This document shows positions 32,601 through 40,523 of a stretch of 64,000 nucleotides of DNA, one piece after another. Position 1 is the first letter of the stretch, and every line of letters starts with the position of its first letter. The translations under genes and the position numbers were made by a program. The stretch lies in assembly GCA_000165345.1 (NCBI GenBank), contig CM000436.1, positions 416,001-480,000 of the forward strand. Reading direction: 5' to 3'. Under the pieces are notes generated by a model. It did not search any database, was not told the DNA's origin, and worked only from the letters and a program-made list of their open reading frames with translations.

Positions 32601-33026
32601 AAACTTTATAGAGTATCCACCACTAAATATACAAGGATTATCAGTTATTTTAAATATTGACCTATATCCAATACCTTTTTCTCCTGTAAAATATCTTGAT
32701 TCTGAATTCTTTTTAGACGAATTTCCAATATCGCATACAGACTCGATATTTTCACGTGTCATCCCTTTTTCATTTATATGGAATACCAAACAATCCCATC
32801 TTAACAATATGTAAACTTGAGGGATACCCTCACCTATTTCATTAAAATTAAAGTTAGAGTCATCTGCATTCTGAAGAAGCTCCAATAATACACGTCCAAA
32901 AGATGAATAAAGTTCATTTGATAATATTCCTATTGACCTGTCTTGCCTGTCTCTTTGAGATTTATTTGAAACGAATAAGCTCTCTCTTATCTCTTGAATG
33001 TGCTTCTTTGTTTGTTCATTTTGCAT
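26664..33026 (-). CDS. Very large protein (2120 aa) with N-terminal sacsin/NOV-like GHKL (HSP90-like) ATPase domain
   Basis: N-terminal motifs RVLLELLQNADDS (N-box, cf. sacsin ELIQNADDA) and GEKGIGYRSIFKITDNP (G-box, GxGxxS). The remainder has no recognised domains. Confidence 0.55.
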   Translation of the reverse strand: MQNEQTKKHIQEIRESLFVSNKSQRDRQDRSIGILSNELYSSFGRVLLELLQNADDSNFNFNEIGEGIPQVYILLRWDCLVFHINEKGMTRENIESVCDIGNSSKKNSESRYFTGEKGIGYRSIFKITDNPCIFSGGYSIKFSSKPDEEIELSYIVPKWIEESDFPEVVKTIHSNISLYGTPWRFDNIRSEFGPKFVQSSSNLGTLHYLPFEKNMKQKFSSILSAIRNTFVHDILLFLRNIKSIVVDVEPRKDSDFCSFEKNTIYPLLRRRLTLNDLISVPDISQSLGETFNLDEFKDDSLSSIKSFRFTKIEIAQFDDDDLDLNKGKLLRESLISSKYLIVDWEIPISEDQKLESSTLRDRATRSSTVWSIALPLFHSNLRLEIDKGERIINSSSFSFGSSTFGKHKRVTGKLFCTFPLNHRIYLPFHVNIQDLILTANREDVMADNIWNSTILDVIFKKQIPQFVASMINPKLSCSRKSCLINQKYSLFMSNLLTSKSLPLQTMQESSFDYNLKPFVLNTSEFIKFSWLPPKLDNLNQCQNYCTLSSICIDELVKKPVFMNIDGSFCFLDKISTNIQFNDLCIKNNTFHEGFCIFCNLHWNFLYMLSVHMRPVLHPSLIGGHTCMHFLCTRPLQMLQVLVAQIISSYNVRNLDILKIFLELKPLKFLESISDEELLILYSYLFPQKEGDVESLKEFEGISGLPIIPTREGKRVSIEKSSIVKVYISDESFDSYFQEHCLQKYSEIIGKVCPFEFFSDRVYKIAPYRIKSMINQDFKIEKITPSIFFKLIAEQVDLLLEKGWENAINSDIQKLLLKITPLAIEEASIVEDDNRFLIKLPIVVQTYSPSFLKALLYNKDLPKSYANEEELLNKNKLARCSRMITSSLKCNRCKNETRENEVMVYPTSVALRMSQVSKSLTSLILLHSSWERSNKFSSKSYSNFDQLKTSNSNRKNVKDKTSIYNSDKSFEYKGLTIVPPLWPPLVEWVFPKVSDRFHFVEISSDYIVQNSDHLNENDKDLAFRVFTNKFINLLEQWYVGCNFDRLPPKTDASPLSWMVDRNIYPISSSHCFYCKHLIYVMRAGAIIQIANEYSRRSYNSSFLNEILSSYPWIPISLYNDNYFSYYMSQINNEQIQDCDTVDFCEDLLLSRPSELFIPKINKNLDGIIKHISQIVLNLLPVTLRNGYKIPKSRENNEPCSAHYTLNRTEEDIGNESKLISETLEEVGVTTQISSISLIRILRDYKRVMNIRDNEVVQKSRQIKLKPSYDPDLNHIIELAIFGFGITKEKLFASDWWPSLMDEWSNFDDNSLNRSLHRPSDIEMISDIYHILGHQTDFDISMNIKKVFYNESLLYIPLMKSTLYNWVPIDYNNMVWSDPYDFFHGTFIVLSKFINKSKISNLRPFFLSLVSEQPIHHHYAYLWLRECPNLLKDESKEGKIKFESFINVSINTFLKVFQKMSQSKKNSWWSEFLDNAKIPIKGIYKFLKREQCCVEDFPIGSLRSDSFQIPLAISSSPSSQFFYKDILKVKTLSECYKVTYKVNYGRNIRSHIKFANKGKNKIWLTLEFWGILILLFKHKSLDIYLSIMRILEEKKTFDSEQSLTSKNSNHSVTDCEFCVSESEILEQISNSYEFEPLSVSERYSNANEEIAYQIANWLISFVNTYEVEVDDIELKFDLNINDKHLPKTSRRKIGVLFRQIPNKNSASILLVNKSMDKSNQLKDLYTLLLDPLKGLTGLNSIINIDLYELLILSSSQRLLLLSKHVPILDDLSSKRDERFTVDNVVKEGFELLKKCSRSGCLLRKDTDIENKSLHVEKNDLLSELSIKRVDYNKADNNDPHIKVKNNNTGDYKEMTKNTDVIESNLDSIIKEYIKKNPLSLGNATDESLTIEEITKMVGFWGEKVSFEAIIPNAISRKLTLKSIDHNLIEDYLSRKFVNNYIQNEVIDMEDLKDWTGIEDMKIEDNNIFQDQQRDLFIKCKIKCFKESDTTTIKLIWLNSLNESFLPFDFILLREYFSEEEFSVSRNYKQQVLALIEVKTTKLPIWQFNISGNELLSARKAVDKFKLLIIKDAGSSEPQWALIDDVGGFIQESCTLINGVFEANFSDFCGFNSNTSGVLDNMY

Positions 33027-33554
33027 CTTATTTGGCTCCCATTATATTTTAGTAATTTCCCTATTATATTTAAGACCTATTTCAAAACTTCCAATTTTAC
33101 AGCTTATTATTTTATTTTTTTAATTAACTAATTTATAGCTAAAATATTACTACTTTATCTGATTTACTTTCCTGACAAAATTTATCTAATTATAAGAAAA
33201 TTAGTAGTTTCCACATAAAATAATATAATGCCAAATTTAAAGAAAATTTATTAAATTAAATATACAAATATATTTCCCTCCAAAATCAAGTTCAACAAAT
33301 TATTAAATTTCTCCATATTTTTTTTTCATAAACTTAATTGACTAAATACTGTACAAATCCTATTCCTTTCTTTCATAATAGCTTTATTTTTCATTCAATG
33401 TCGTCTTTCAGACTTTTATTACTATTCATGCTTTAAACCAGAAATATTCAATTAATAACAATTTACATGCAAACATTAACGTTAGAGGTTCTATTCCCAA
33501 AGGGGCAGCTTTTTTTTTAATTTAACAATAAACCTTTTAAGAAAAATCAAGGAG

Positions 33555-33576
33555 AATTTTGCATGCATGCAAAATT
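33555..33576. promoter_or_regulatory. Perfect 22-bp palindrome AATTTTGCATGCATGCAAAATT (TGCATGCA AP2-like core) upstream of the 2120-aa GHKL-protein gene
   Basis: Direct reading; the reverse complement is identical. TGCATGCA is a known over-represented apicomplexan upstream motif (ApiAP2-type). Confidence 0.55.
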
Positions 33577-33663
33577 TCAATATAAATGAGAAATAATGAA
33601 ATAAAGAAATAAAGCATTAAAGAAAAGTAGAAATTATATATGAATTAGAAAAATTGACTTGAA

Positions 33664-35091
33664 TTATATTGAAAGACTTGTTTTAAAAGATATTGTTTTG
33701 AGTTCATATGAATTTATATCTAAAAGCACCAAAGTAGGGTTATTAGAGAACTCAGGAATGGTGAAGCATAATGGTCCATTATTAGGGAATCTATATGACC
33801 CAAATTCTGATTGATTTCCTGCAAAAATGACTTGTGGAAAAGATTCATCGGTATAATCCAAAGCAAAAGGATCACGATCGAAGAATGGGTAAGTAGGTAT
33901 TACATCAGGGCATGTAGGAGCAATATTTCTTGATTCAACACAAAATTTGAGAGCATCAATAGGCTTCGAATATGAAGAAAATAGAGAAATCTTTGAAATA
34001 CATTGGCCAGAAACACCAGTTACTCTTACATTGTTAATAGAAAACAAGCAAGGATTTGTGAAAGAATTAAACGACTGATAGTTTCTTGAATTTTTGAATA
34101 TATAAGGCTGGAAAGGAGGTTGAGGAAGAGAAATTGGAACAGGATCATCCTCTCCAGGCATGATCGCAAGAGATATAGTGGAAGCCAGCTGAGAAATAAA
34201 GGAATCAACCACACCAAGCCTGCTTGAAAGCAACTCATTATTTACAACTAACTTGGTTCCAGTACCAGTAACAGTCTCTTTTGCAGTATCTAAAAGTCTA
34301 ATAATGTTTCCTGCTATAATTAAGTAAGCAATTTGTGATGATAAAAGTTTGTGTTCGCTACTATATGAAGAAACTCCCATAATGAAATCACGAAATAATT
34401 GTAAAGATAATGAATTCTCTATTTCTGATCCTATATTTAAACCGGAAACAAAAGCCAAATATACTGGCTGAGAAGACTTCCCTAATGTATATTCTTTTCC
34501 AATAATCTCTTCAGGAGGAGAGGCAAAAGTCAAATCCGAGACTAGAAAGTTGCCCCCTGAATTTTGTACTCCCCTTACTGCTAGTATGGTACCAGAAATC
34601 AAATTATTCATTGAAAATACATCTTCTTTTAGAGTCAATGGAATTCTTGATGAACTATCCTCTATATAAACCTTGTCATCATTACTAGTATAATTGCTTA
34701 ATTGACTGTTCTTTGTAGCCTCTTCGATATCTTGAAGATACTCATCCAAAATTGTTGGTCTATTTTTCATTTCCTTTGTCACAAACCCCATGATAATGCA
34801 TTCAGACTCAATTTTCATATCTTTAAGCTCATTCAAAATAGGTATCGATCTATCCTCAGGGTTACCCTGACTTGCAATCTTCTCAACTTTTTCCTGTTCT
34901 ACTGAAAGATGGCACTTCCACTTTCTCTGTACTGCTTTCAATAAAAATGGACGCAAACTCATGAACCTTGAAAAACATAAGTGGCAGTACTGGTGTGGAA
35001 AGCTGTAATCTTTTACTCTAAATCGTTCACATTCATTCTTAATATCTACTTCCGGCCGTTTCAGGCTCTTAACATCTTTTTCTAATTTCAT
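33664..35091 (-). CDS. POLD2: DNA polymerase delta small (B) subunit, POLD2/Pol31
   Basis: Phosphoesterase-domain blocks IMPGEDDP..SLPQPPF ... TNPCLFSINNVRVTGVSGQCISKI ... APTCPDVIPTYPFFDRDPFAL ... VIFAGNQSEFGS align with POLD2 (MPGEFDP..LPQQPLH ... [20 protein letters not shown] ... DPFIF ... FCGNTPSFGS). N-terminal OB region QYCHLCFSRFMSLRPFL matches QYAHIYATRLIQMRPFL. Confidence 0.85.
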   Translation of the reverse strand: MKLEKDVKSLKRPEVDIKNECERFRVKDYSFPHQYCHLCFSRFMSLRPFLLKAVQRKWKCHLSVEQEKVEKIASQGNPEDRSIPILNELKDMKIESECIIMGFVTKEMKNRPTILDEYLQDIEEATKNSQLSNYTSNDDKVYIEDSSSRIPLTLKEDVFSMNNLISGTILAVRGVQNSGGNFLVSDLTFASPPEEIIGKEYTLGKSSQPVYLAFVSGLNIGSEIENSLSLQLFRDFIMGVSSYSSEHKLLSSQIAYLIIAGNIIRLLDTAKETVTGTGTKLVVNNELLSSRLGVVDSFISQLASTISLAIMPGEDDPVPISLPQPPFQPYIFKNSRNYQSFNSFTNPCLFSINNVRVTGVSGQCISKISLFSSYSKPIDALKFCVESRNIAPTCPDVIPTYPFFDRDPFALDYTDESFPQVIFAGNQSEFGSYRFPNNGPLCFTIPEFSNNPTLVLLDINSYELKTISFKTSLSI

Positions 35092-35233
35092 TGGGAAATA
35101 CCTTGATCCTCTCTAATGCTTATAAATGAAACACACAACACCTAAGTTCTTTGCTTAATCTATTTTCCTTCTTATTTTATCGATCCCCCTTTCCCACTTT
35201 TAAAATATTCTCGACTCCCTATTAAAAAACAAT

Positions 35234-35296
35234 GGGCGGGAGCTCACTCACATTCATTACTATTACTAGTCTAAGCATGTTGGCGCCAAAACATGT
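35234..35296. promoter_or_regulatory. E2F-like cluster in the POLD2 upstream region: GGGCGGGAG and the palindromic CATGTTGGCGCCAAAACATG
   Basis: Direct reading. TTGGCGCCAA core (35280-35289) is a perfect palindrome. 140-200 bp upstream of the POLD2 start (minus strand). Confidence 0.55.
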
Positions 35297-35570
35297 ATTT
35301 CATAAACTAATAATAAATTCTTTTTGGCAACAAAAAGAATTTGTTAAGATGACATACAGATAGTTTATAAGAATTTTAACTAACTTTTATTTCTTTTCTT
35401 TCAAAATCTAATTATTTCTTTCACTATTTAACATTTAATTATTCATCTCTTGAAGTCAGAGACAAAATAACCCAATTTTTCCTCTTTTTAACAACATTCC
35501 ATTTGTCACCCTTAATTAGCACCATTTCTTTTTCTTGTTTTGTTCTAATACTCACTTTTCTTCTTTTGTG

Positions 35571-35589
35571 GGAAACTTCCCGCCAAAAC
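35571..35589. promoter_or_regulatory. E2F-like site GGAAACTTCCCGCCAAAAC between divergent POLD2 and Sld5
   Basis: Direct reading. 124 bp upstream of the predicted Sld5 ATG. Confidence 0.5.
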
Positions 35590-35712
35590 TATTTTTATTG
35601 AAATTAATCATTACTATTAAGAGTTTGATTCAAGTAGTAAAAGTAGGAAAAGTGAAAGAAAACTAAAGTAATAGGTTTGAACTTTGATAAGACTTTATAT
35701 AGACTGAAACTA

Positions 35713-35752
35713 ATGAATCATAATGAGGAGGACCGTCTTCCACTGGAAAAAG
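35713..35752 (+). CDS. SLD5: GINS subunit Sld5, predicted exon 1 (MNHNEEDRLPLEK + 1 nt), donor AAAAAG|GTAGGTTA
   Basis: ATG followed by GTAGGT donor at 35753. Needed to supply a start codon for the open exon 2. Phase 1 matches the exon-2 acceptor. Confidence 0.4.
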
Positions 35753-35931
35753 GTAGGTTAAAGGTGTAATTGACATACTAGTTTCTAAACACATGTGAGG
35801 TAACGTGTGTGTTGGCTCTAGAATTGCCAAGAGCTAATACACTTGGTACTTTAAAAAAGGCTTTGGACTGGGATATAATCTAATAATTAACTTATTTTGT
35901 TTACCTTACATTCTTTGAATCTCTAATTTAG

Positions 35932-36065
35932 AAAATTCGGGGATTAATTTAATTGATGGGAATGACTTGGAATATATTGATAATATATACAGCTCAAAGA
36001 ACTTTGGTTTATCAGATGACTCCCATATTAAGAATCTGAGAAATTCTCAAGAGACTTTGCTTATG
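35932..36065 (+). CDS. SLD5: GINS subunit Sld5, predicted exon 2 (...NLRNSQETLLM), acceptor tttag|, donor ATG|GTAAGT
   Basis: 44 stop-free codons in an AT-rich genome, bounded by a canonical acceptor (35930-31 AG) and GTAAGT donor (36066). Runs into exon 3 in frame to give ETLLM-SWINELVSPELL, matching the Sld5 N-terminal block (W.NE..aPELL). Confidence 0.6.
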
Positions 36066-36139
36066 GTAAGTTTTATTGTCCAATAATTATATCAACAAAA
36101 ATCCTAAACCACTCATTAACTTAACTTTAAATTAACAAG

Positions 36140-36826
36140 TCATGGATCAATGAGTTAGTATCTCCTGAACTATTAACATACTGTGAGTCTTCAATACAAA
36201 CTCTCTCTCACTCTATTTTCAAAGAAAAAGAAAAACAAAGAATTATGGAAGTTGATGGAGGAATTCTAGGTATCGAAGATAAAATCGAACGTGATCTAAT
36301 TAACCTCCATATTAACAGATCAACTAATATGCTCAAAATGTATCTGAAACAGAGAATAATGAAGATTTCAGAATTCCCTGATTTCTCTATTGCTAATTCA
36401 AGAACTAATAACGATCTAAACTCTGAATCAAATATCAGTCCTGAAGAAGCTATTTTCGCTTTAAAGCTTTCCAAGCTTCAATGGAAGTATTTAGATGAAA
36501 CCATCTCCAAGATGAAAAATACCCTAGCAACAGACTCCTCCGTCCCAATTCCAGCCCCATCCTTACATAGATCCGTAAGATTCAAATGCATTGACTCCAT
36601 TGGAAGAGTTCAATTACAATCTCTTGTAACCCCTGAAAATGTTTCTTTTACTCAATTTGATACTCAAAACCACTTTTCTCAAAATGATTCAGAAGGAGTC
36701 ATCAATATTGAAAAGGGAAAGATATATACATGTAAATATGAAGATGTAAGAACTCTTTTGGACCAAAATACCATCCAACTTTGGCCTTGGCCTCCCATTA
36801 CTAGCAACAAAAACTACTCTTATTAG
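36140..36826 (+). CDS. SLD5: GINS subunit Sld5, exon 3 (contains the listed ORF 36245-36826)
   Basis: SWINELVSPELLTY ... RSTNMLKMYLKQRIMKISEFPDF match Sld5 conserved blocks (WMNEKFAPELLE ... RYVLSSYLRCRLMKIEKFFP). Acceptor AG at 36138-39, in frame with the tracked ORF (35 codons upstream of its Met). Confidence 0.75.
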   Translation, partial: SWINELVSPELLTYCESSIQTLSHSIFKEKEKQRIMEVDGGILGIEDKIERDLINLHINRSTNMLKMYLKQRIMKISEFPDFSIANSRTNNDLNSESNISPEEAIFALKLSKLQWKYLDETISKMKNTLATDSSVPIPAPSLHRSVRFKCIDSIGRVQLQSLVTPENVSFTQFDTQNHFSQNDSEGVINIEKGKIYTCKYEDVRTLLDQNTIQLWPWPPITSNKNYSY

Positions 36827-37285
36827 CTATTTATTTAAAAAAAAAAAGAAAAGAAAAAAAAAAACCTCATTCTCTACCCTCCAAAAAAGCTCAAAAAAGA
36901 GCTCATATAGTCTCATTAACCATTAATATTTACCAATTCATGCTCTTCAAGCTTCCCGCCAATTATTCTATGTGTTATTACTACCTCTGTTTTGCATGTG
37001 TTTTGCCATGAGGGGTTTCGGCGCGGCCCCACAGCGCCAAACTTTGAGTAAATGCAATATGTGCCTAAAGTGTGTTGATAAAAGCCGAAATTTGAAATTA
37101 TATGTTAAACAAAGAGAATTCGTAAGTCCGAATTTATTTGCATACTCAATTATATACATATTATACGTTCTTATATTATATAATAAAAAATAAGCTTAGG
37201 ATCCTTGATATTATAGGAGAAAAAAATAGCTATATAAGGGTTAGTAAGGTCACGAGAGATCATTGATTTTGAATATTGGGAGAAA

Positions 37286-37966
37286 ATGTACAGAGAACAA
37301 TCATCAACAGTTTTGGATTCTCCTATGAATGGAGGTAGTGCTAAACTTGGAGCTTCTAGTTCATCATCTATGAGCTCAAATTTCACTAGAATGGACAGTT
37401 TTAATCGATCAGGAAGCAAAACAGGGTCAATTGCGCCAAAATCTTCAGAATATGGTCCAACAGTACAGCAGATTTTGGAAACTTATGAGAGTCTTAGATT
37501 GAAAGCTCAAGGACTTGCTAAGAGAAAATTGAGATCCTGGGATGGAGACTTCTTTTGCCTTTCATCTTTCCAAAAAGTATCACAACCAAAAGAAATTACA
37601 GATCGACTTGAAAGGAATCTTCGATACTTCTTACTAAATTATATTGTAATTATACTGGGTATGACTATGCTCTCTCTAATTTTGAATCCTATTTCTTTAA
37701 TCATTATTTTAATATCAACCTTTTCTTCAGCTTTTGTAGCATCTAGACCAACAGATATGGTAGTATTGCCAGGAGATAATGTAATTAGCAAGAAAGTGGC
37801 TTTATATGTGATAGCAGGAACATCAACTGTGATCATTCTTGTATTTTCAGGAGCTCTATTATTCACATCCTTGGCAGTATCGCTCATTCTTGTATGTATC
37901 CATGCAGTCATACACATTGGAAAGTCTAATTACGACCAGGTTGCAAACTTAGAGAGCGAAGTATAA
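37286..37966 (+). CDS. PRA1: Prenylated Rab acceptor PRA1/Yip3 family protein
   Basis: LRSWDGDFFCLSSFQKVSQPKEITDRLERNLRYFLLNYIVIIL followed by two long hydrophobic hairpin segments. Matches the PRA1 signature (R.W.eF.....kP.s..ea..Ri..Nl.YF..NY). Confidence 0.7.
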   Translation: MYREQSSTVLDSPMNGGSAKLGASSSSSMSSNFTRMDSFNRSGSKTGSIAPKSSEYGPTVQQILETYESLRLKAQGLAKRKLRSWDGDFFCLSSFQKVSQPKEITDRLERNLRYFLLNYIVIILGMTMLSLILNPISLIIILISTFSSAFVASRPTDMVVLPGDNVISKKVALYVIAGTSTVIILVFSGALLFTSLAVSLILVCIHAVIHIGKSNYDQVANLESEV

Positions 37967-38109
37967 TACCTAGAAGTTAATTACAATGAAAATAGATCCA
38001 GCTATAAAGATTAGAAACTAAAAAGATTCACAAAGTTTTAGTACTTAATAGATTAAATTATATATATCATCTAAATATAGTCTTTACACTTATCAGTACC
38101 TGCTTATAA

Positions 38110-38751
38110 TTAGAGCTTCTCCTGAACTCTTTTAGAGACTATTCTAAGGTGGTTGTAGACTTTTCCAGGAGGAGTTCCCAAAATTAAACTACATAGAGCA
38201 TCTCTTGCTAATTTAATATTATGAAAGGCTCCCATTAAATGGAGTTTCTGACCAGCTAAGACAATCCTAGTTCTGGTTGAATTTTCTATAGCATACTTTG
38301 TTTTACCATCCCTACCAGAAATACGACCAATACAACGTGACAAATGTGCTCCATTCAATCTTTTTACGTCTTTAATTTCAAAGCTTTCTATATAAAGATC
38401 ATCCAATCTCAAAAGAGCAATGGCATCTTGAAGCTCAAATCCAAGTAGAAAAGCCTTAATAAAGTCAACTCCTTTTTGAAGAGATCCAATATCAGTGCAA
38501 TCTGGCCCATATTTAAGCTCTACACATCTTCTCTTTGTATTCATTCTTACATGTAATCCCATATGTTCTACCAAAGGAGTAACAATATTAATCCATTGGT
38601 TCTTTAAAGGAGTCATTCTATTTTCAGGAACCATCACTCTTCTTATTTCATTACTTCTGTTAACTTCTGTTCCAGTTAAAGGCTTAAAAGGTCCTTCAGT
38701 CCGTCTCTCCTCCTCAACCATATCCATATCCATACTCTTTGTTTCTCCCAT
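38110..38751 (-). CDS. PNO1: KH-domain pre-40S ribosome biogenesis factor Pno1/Dim2
   Basis: Near full-length alignment to Pno1: MTPLKNQWINIVTPLVEHMGL ... GSLQKGVDFIKAFLLGFELQDAIALLRLDDLYIESFEIKDVKRLNGAHLSRCIGRISGRDGKTKYAIENSTRTRIVLAGQKLHLMGAFHNIKLARDALCSLILGTPPGKVYNHLR. Confidence 0.85.
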   Translation of the reverse strand: MGETKSMDMDMVEEERRTEGPFKPLTGTEVNRSNEIRRVMVPENRMTPLKNQWINIVTPLVEHMGLHVRMNTKRRCVELKYGPDCTDIGSLQKGVDFIKAFLLGFELQDAIALLRLDDLYIESFEIKDVKRLNGAHLSRCIGRISGRDGKTKYAIENSTRTRIVLAGQKLHLMGAFHNIKLARDALCSLILGTPPGKVYNHLRIVSKRVQEKL

Positions 38752-39308
38752 ATGTAATAAACCTAAAGAAATATACTTCTAAGATATCCAATTCTTCTTT
38801 TCCCTACAAAAATCTACTCTGGAAAAATCTTAATAATCTCCTCCTTAATTATTCTTCTTCGCTGCTTAACTCTATTTTATACCGTCAAAATTAACCATTG
38901 GGTGTGCCCGCCTAAAAGTTGGCGCCGAAGGCTTAAAAATGGGTTTTTGGAGGGGAAAGTCATCTTAAGAATAAAAGAAAGAGGAAGATGTGGAATATAT
39001 TTTATTAGAAGAAAAAGTGTTGAAATGTAATGAGAGTGCTTTAAAAGATATAGGTGTGAAAATCGGACTACATTCATGTGAGGTTAAATCTGTTACTTGG
39101 AATGTAATGTTATTTAGTGTTAATAATAGAGGTAATTTATATGAATTACTATTATAACATAAAATTTATATGGATTAAAATAAGATTAAAAGGAGAAGAA
39201 TTAGTAAGAAACAATATTCTTAGAAATAAATAAGAACTTTAGAAGCTTAAAAAAGCAAAATAACAAAATCTGTGCAACAGTAATAGCTTTAACTAAGGTT
39301 TTTAATCA

Positions 39309-40523
39309 ATGATGATTACAAAAGGAGGAGATTACTCAGAATATTCAGAAATACATACACAGGATATTGAGAAATCTAAAGATTATGACCAAGAATGTGT
39401 AGAATTAAGGAAAAGTGTGAGAGAATATCTCGAAAAAGAAAGCAAAATAAACTTATACTTTTCAGAAAAGAAGAGTTATTTGATAAACAAAGAATTTGTA
39501 GATATTCAGGTCCAATTAAACTCACAACTTTGCCCAAAAGTTAAACTTTGGAAACGAATTGAAGAACCAAACTCAAAAGAATTCTCCAAATTAAAAAATA
39601 ACCCAACTCAACATCTTTTTGCAATTAAAATCTATTCAAAACCCCAACTCATTCGGAGAAACATTGTCTATTCTTCAGACAGGAAAATCAGGACCCAAAT
39701 GCATCGTGTAATTAACGAAATCAAGATTCTACAATTCCTTGCAAAAACCGATCCCACATACTACTATATTGCTAAATTACACAAAGTTCTTGAATCTTTT
39801 CCTTCTACCTTATCTTCCGGAAAATTGTATCTCATCTTTGACTTTTTTCCGATTGGACCCACAATGGCGCCCGACACAGGGGCAAGGCGCGCGCGCGCGT
39901 GCCCGGGGTTTGAAAAGAATCTTTTAGTGTATACTCCAAGTCCTGCATTAGAGAGGACAGAGGTAAGTATAAGGAGAATGGCTTACTGTATTGGAGTAGC
40001 TCTATCTAGACTTCATGAGTTAGGGATTGTTCATAGAGATGTAAAACCTGATAATATTATGCTTACACATACTGGAGATGCATTTTTGAATGACTTTAAT
40101 TCTGCAGAATTTTTAATTCAAGGTAAATATGTTCAGGGCACTGAAGGAACATATGCATTTTTTCCTCCTGAGCATTGTAATATAAACAACAATAGCAATA
40201 AAATTGTTACTGAAAGGAACGAATCATCCGAAATCAATGAACAAGAAGAATGTTCCCAATCTACGCTCCAATTGGGATGTCCAGCAGATATGTGGGCTCT
40301 TGGAGTCACAATTTGGTGTTGGTTTTATGGTACACTACCTTTTCAAGGAAATAGTATTTTAGAGCTTTTTGACAATATTACAAAATGTAAGATTGAGTTC
40401 CCTAGACAGCCTACTTTATCAAATGAGTGTATTAATGCCATTTTGCATCTTTTAGACCCAGAACCGAATTCCCGTTGGACTGCTCGTCAGTTTCTTGAGT
40501 CCGACTGGTTTTCTAAAAACTAA
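39309..40523 (+). CDS. Divergent Ser/Thr protein kinase with a GC-rich insertion in the catalytic domain
   Basis: Kinase subdomains FAIKIYSK (VAIK), EIKILQFL (alpha-C Glu), LYLIFDFFPIG (hinge), IVHRDVKPDNIML (catalytic loop), DFN instead of DFG, GTEGTYAFFPPE (APE-like), DMWALGVTIWCWFYGTLPF. Confidence 0.75.
   Translation: MMITKGGDYSEYSEIHTQDIEKSKDYDQECVELRKSVREYLEKESKINLYFSEKKSYLINKEFVDIQVQLNSQLCPKVKLWKRIEEPNSKEFSKLKNNPTQHLFAIKIYSKPQLIRRNIVYSSDRKIRTQMHRVINEIKILQFLAKTDPTYYYIAKLHKVLESFPSTLSSGKLYLIFDFFPIGPTMAPDTGARRARACPGFEKNLLVYTPSPALERTEVSIRRMAYCIGVALSRLHELGIVHRDVKPDNIMLTHTGDAFLNDFNSAEFLIQGKYVQGTEGTYAFFPPEHCNINNNSNKIVTERNESSEINEQEECSQSTLQLGCPADMWALGVTIWCWFYGTLPFQGNSILELFDNITKCKIEFPRQPTLSNECINAILHLLDPEPNSRWTARQFLESDWFSKN
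39866..39915 (+). repeat. GC-rich island with an alternating (CG)6 tract (GGCGCCCGACACAGGGGCAAGGCGCGCGCGCGCGTGCCCGGGG) inside the kinase CDS
   Basis: About 80% GC over roughly 50 nt in a genome of about 30% GC. Encodes an in-frame insertion (MAPDTGARRARACPGF) between hinge and catalytic loop. Confidence 0.8.

Noticed and set aside
37639-37917. 92-aa minus-strand ORF inside the PRA1 gene
   Set aside because: Antisense to a well-supported conserved CDS.
39866-39960. Treating the GC-rich island (and the GTAAGT at 39959) in the kinase gene as an intron
   Set aside because: Reading through gives a continuous kinase catalytic-loop alignment (RRMAYCIGVALSRLHELGIVHRDVKPDNIML). No GT...AG pair brackets the island in a frame-preserving way.
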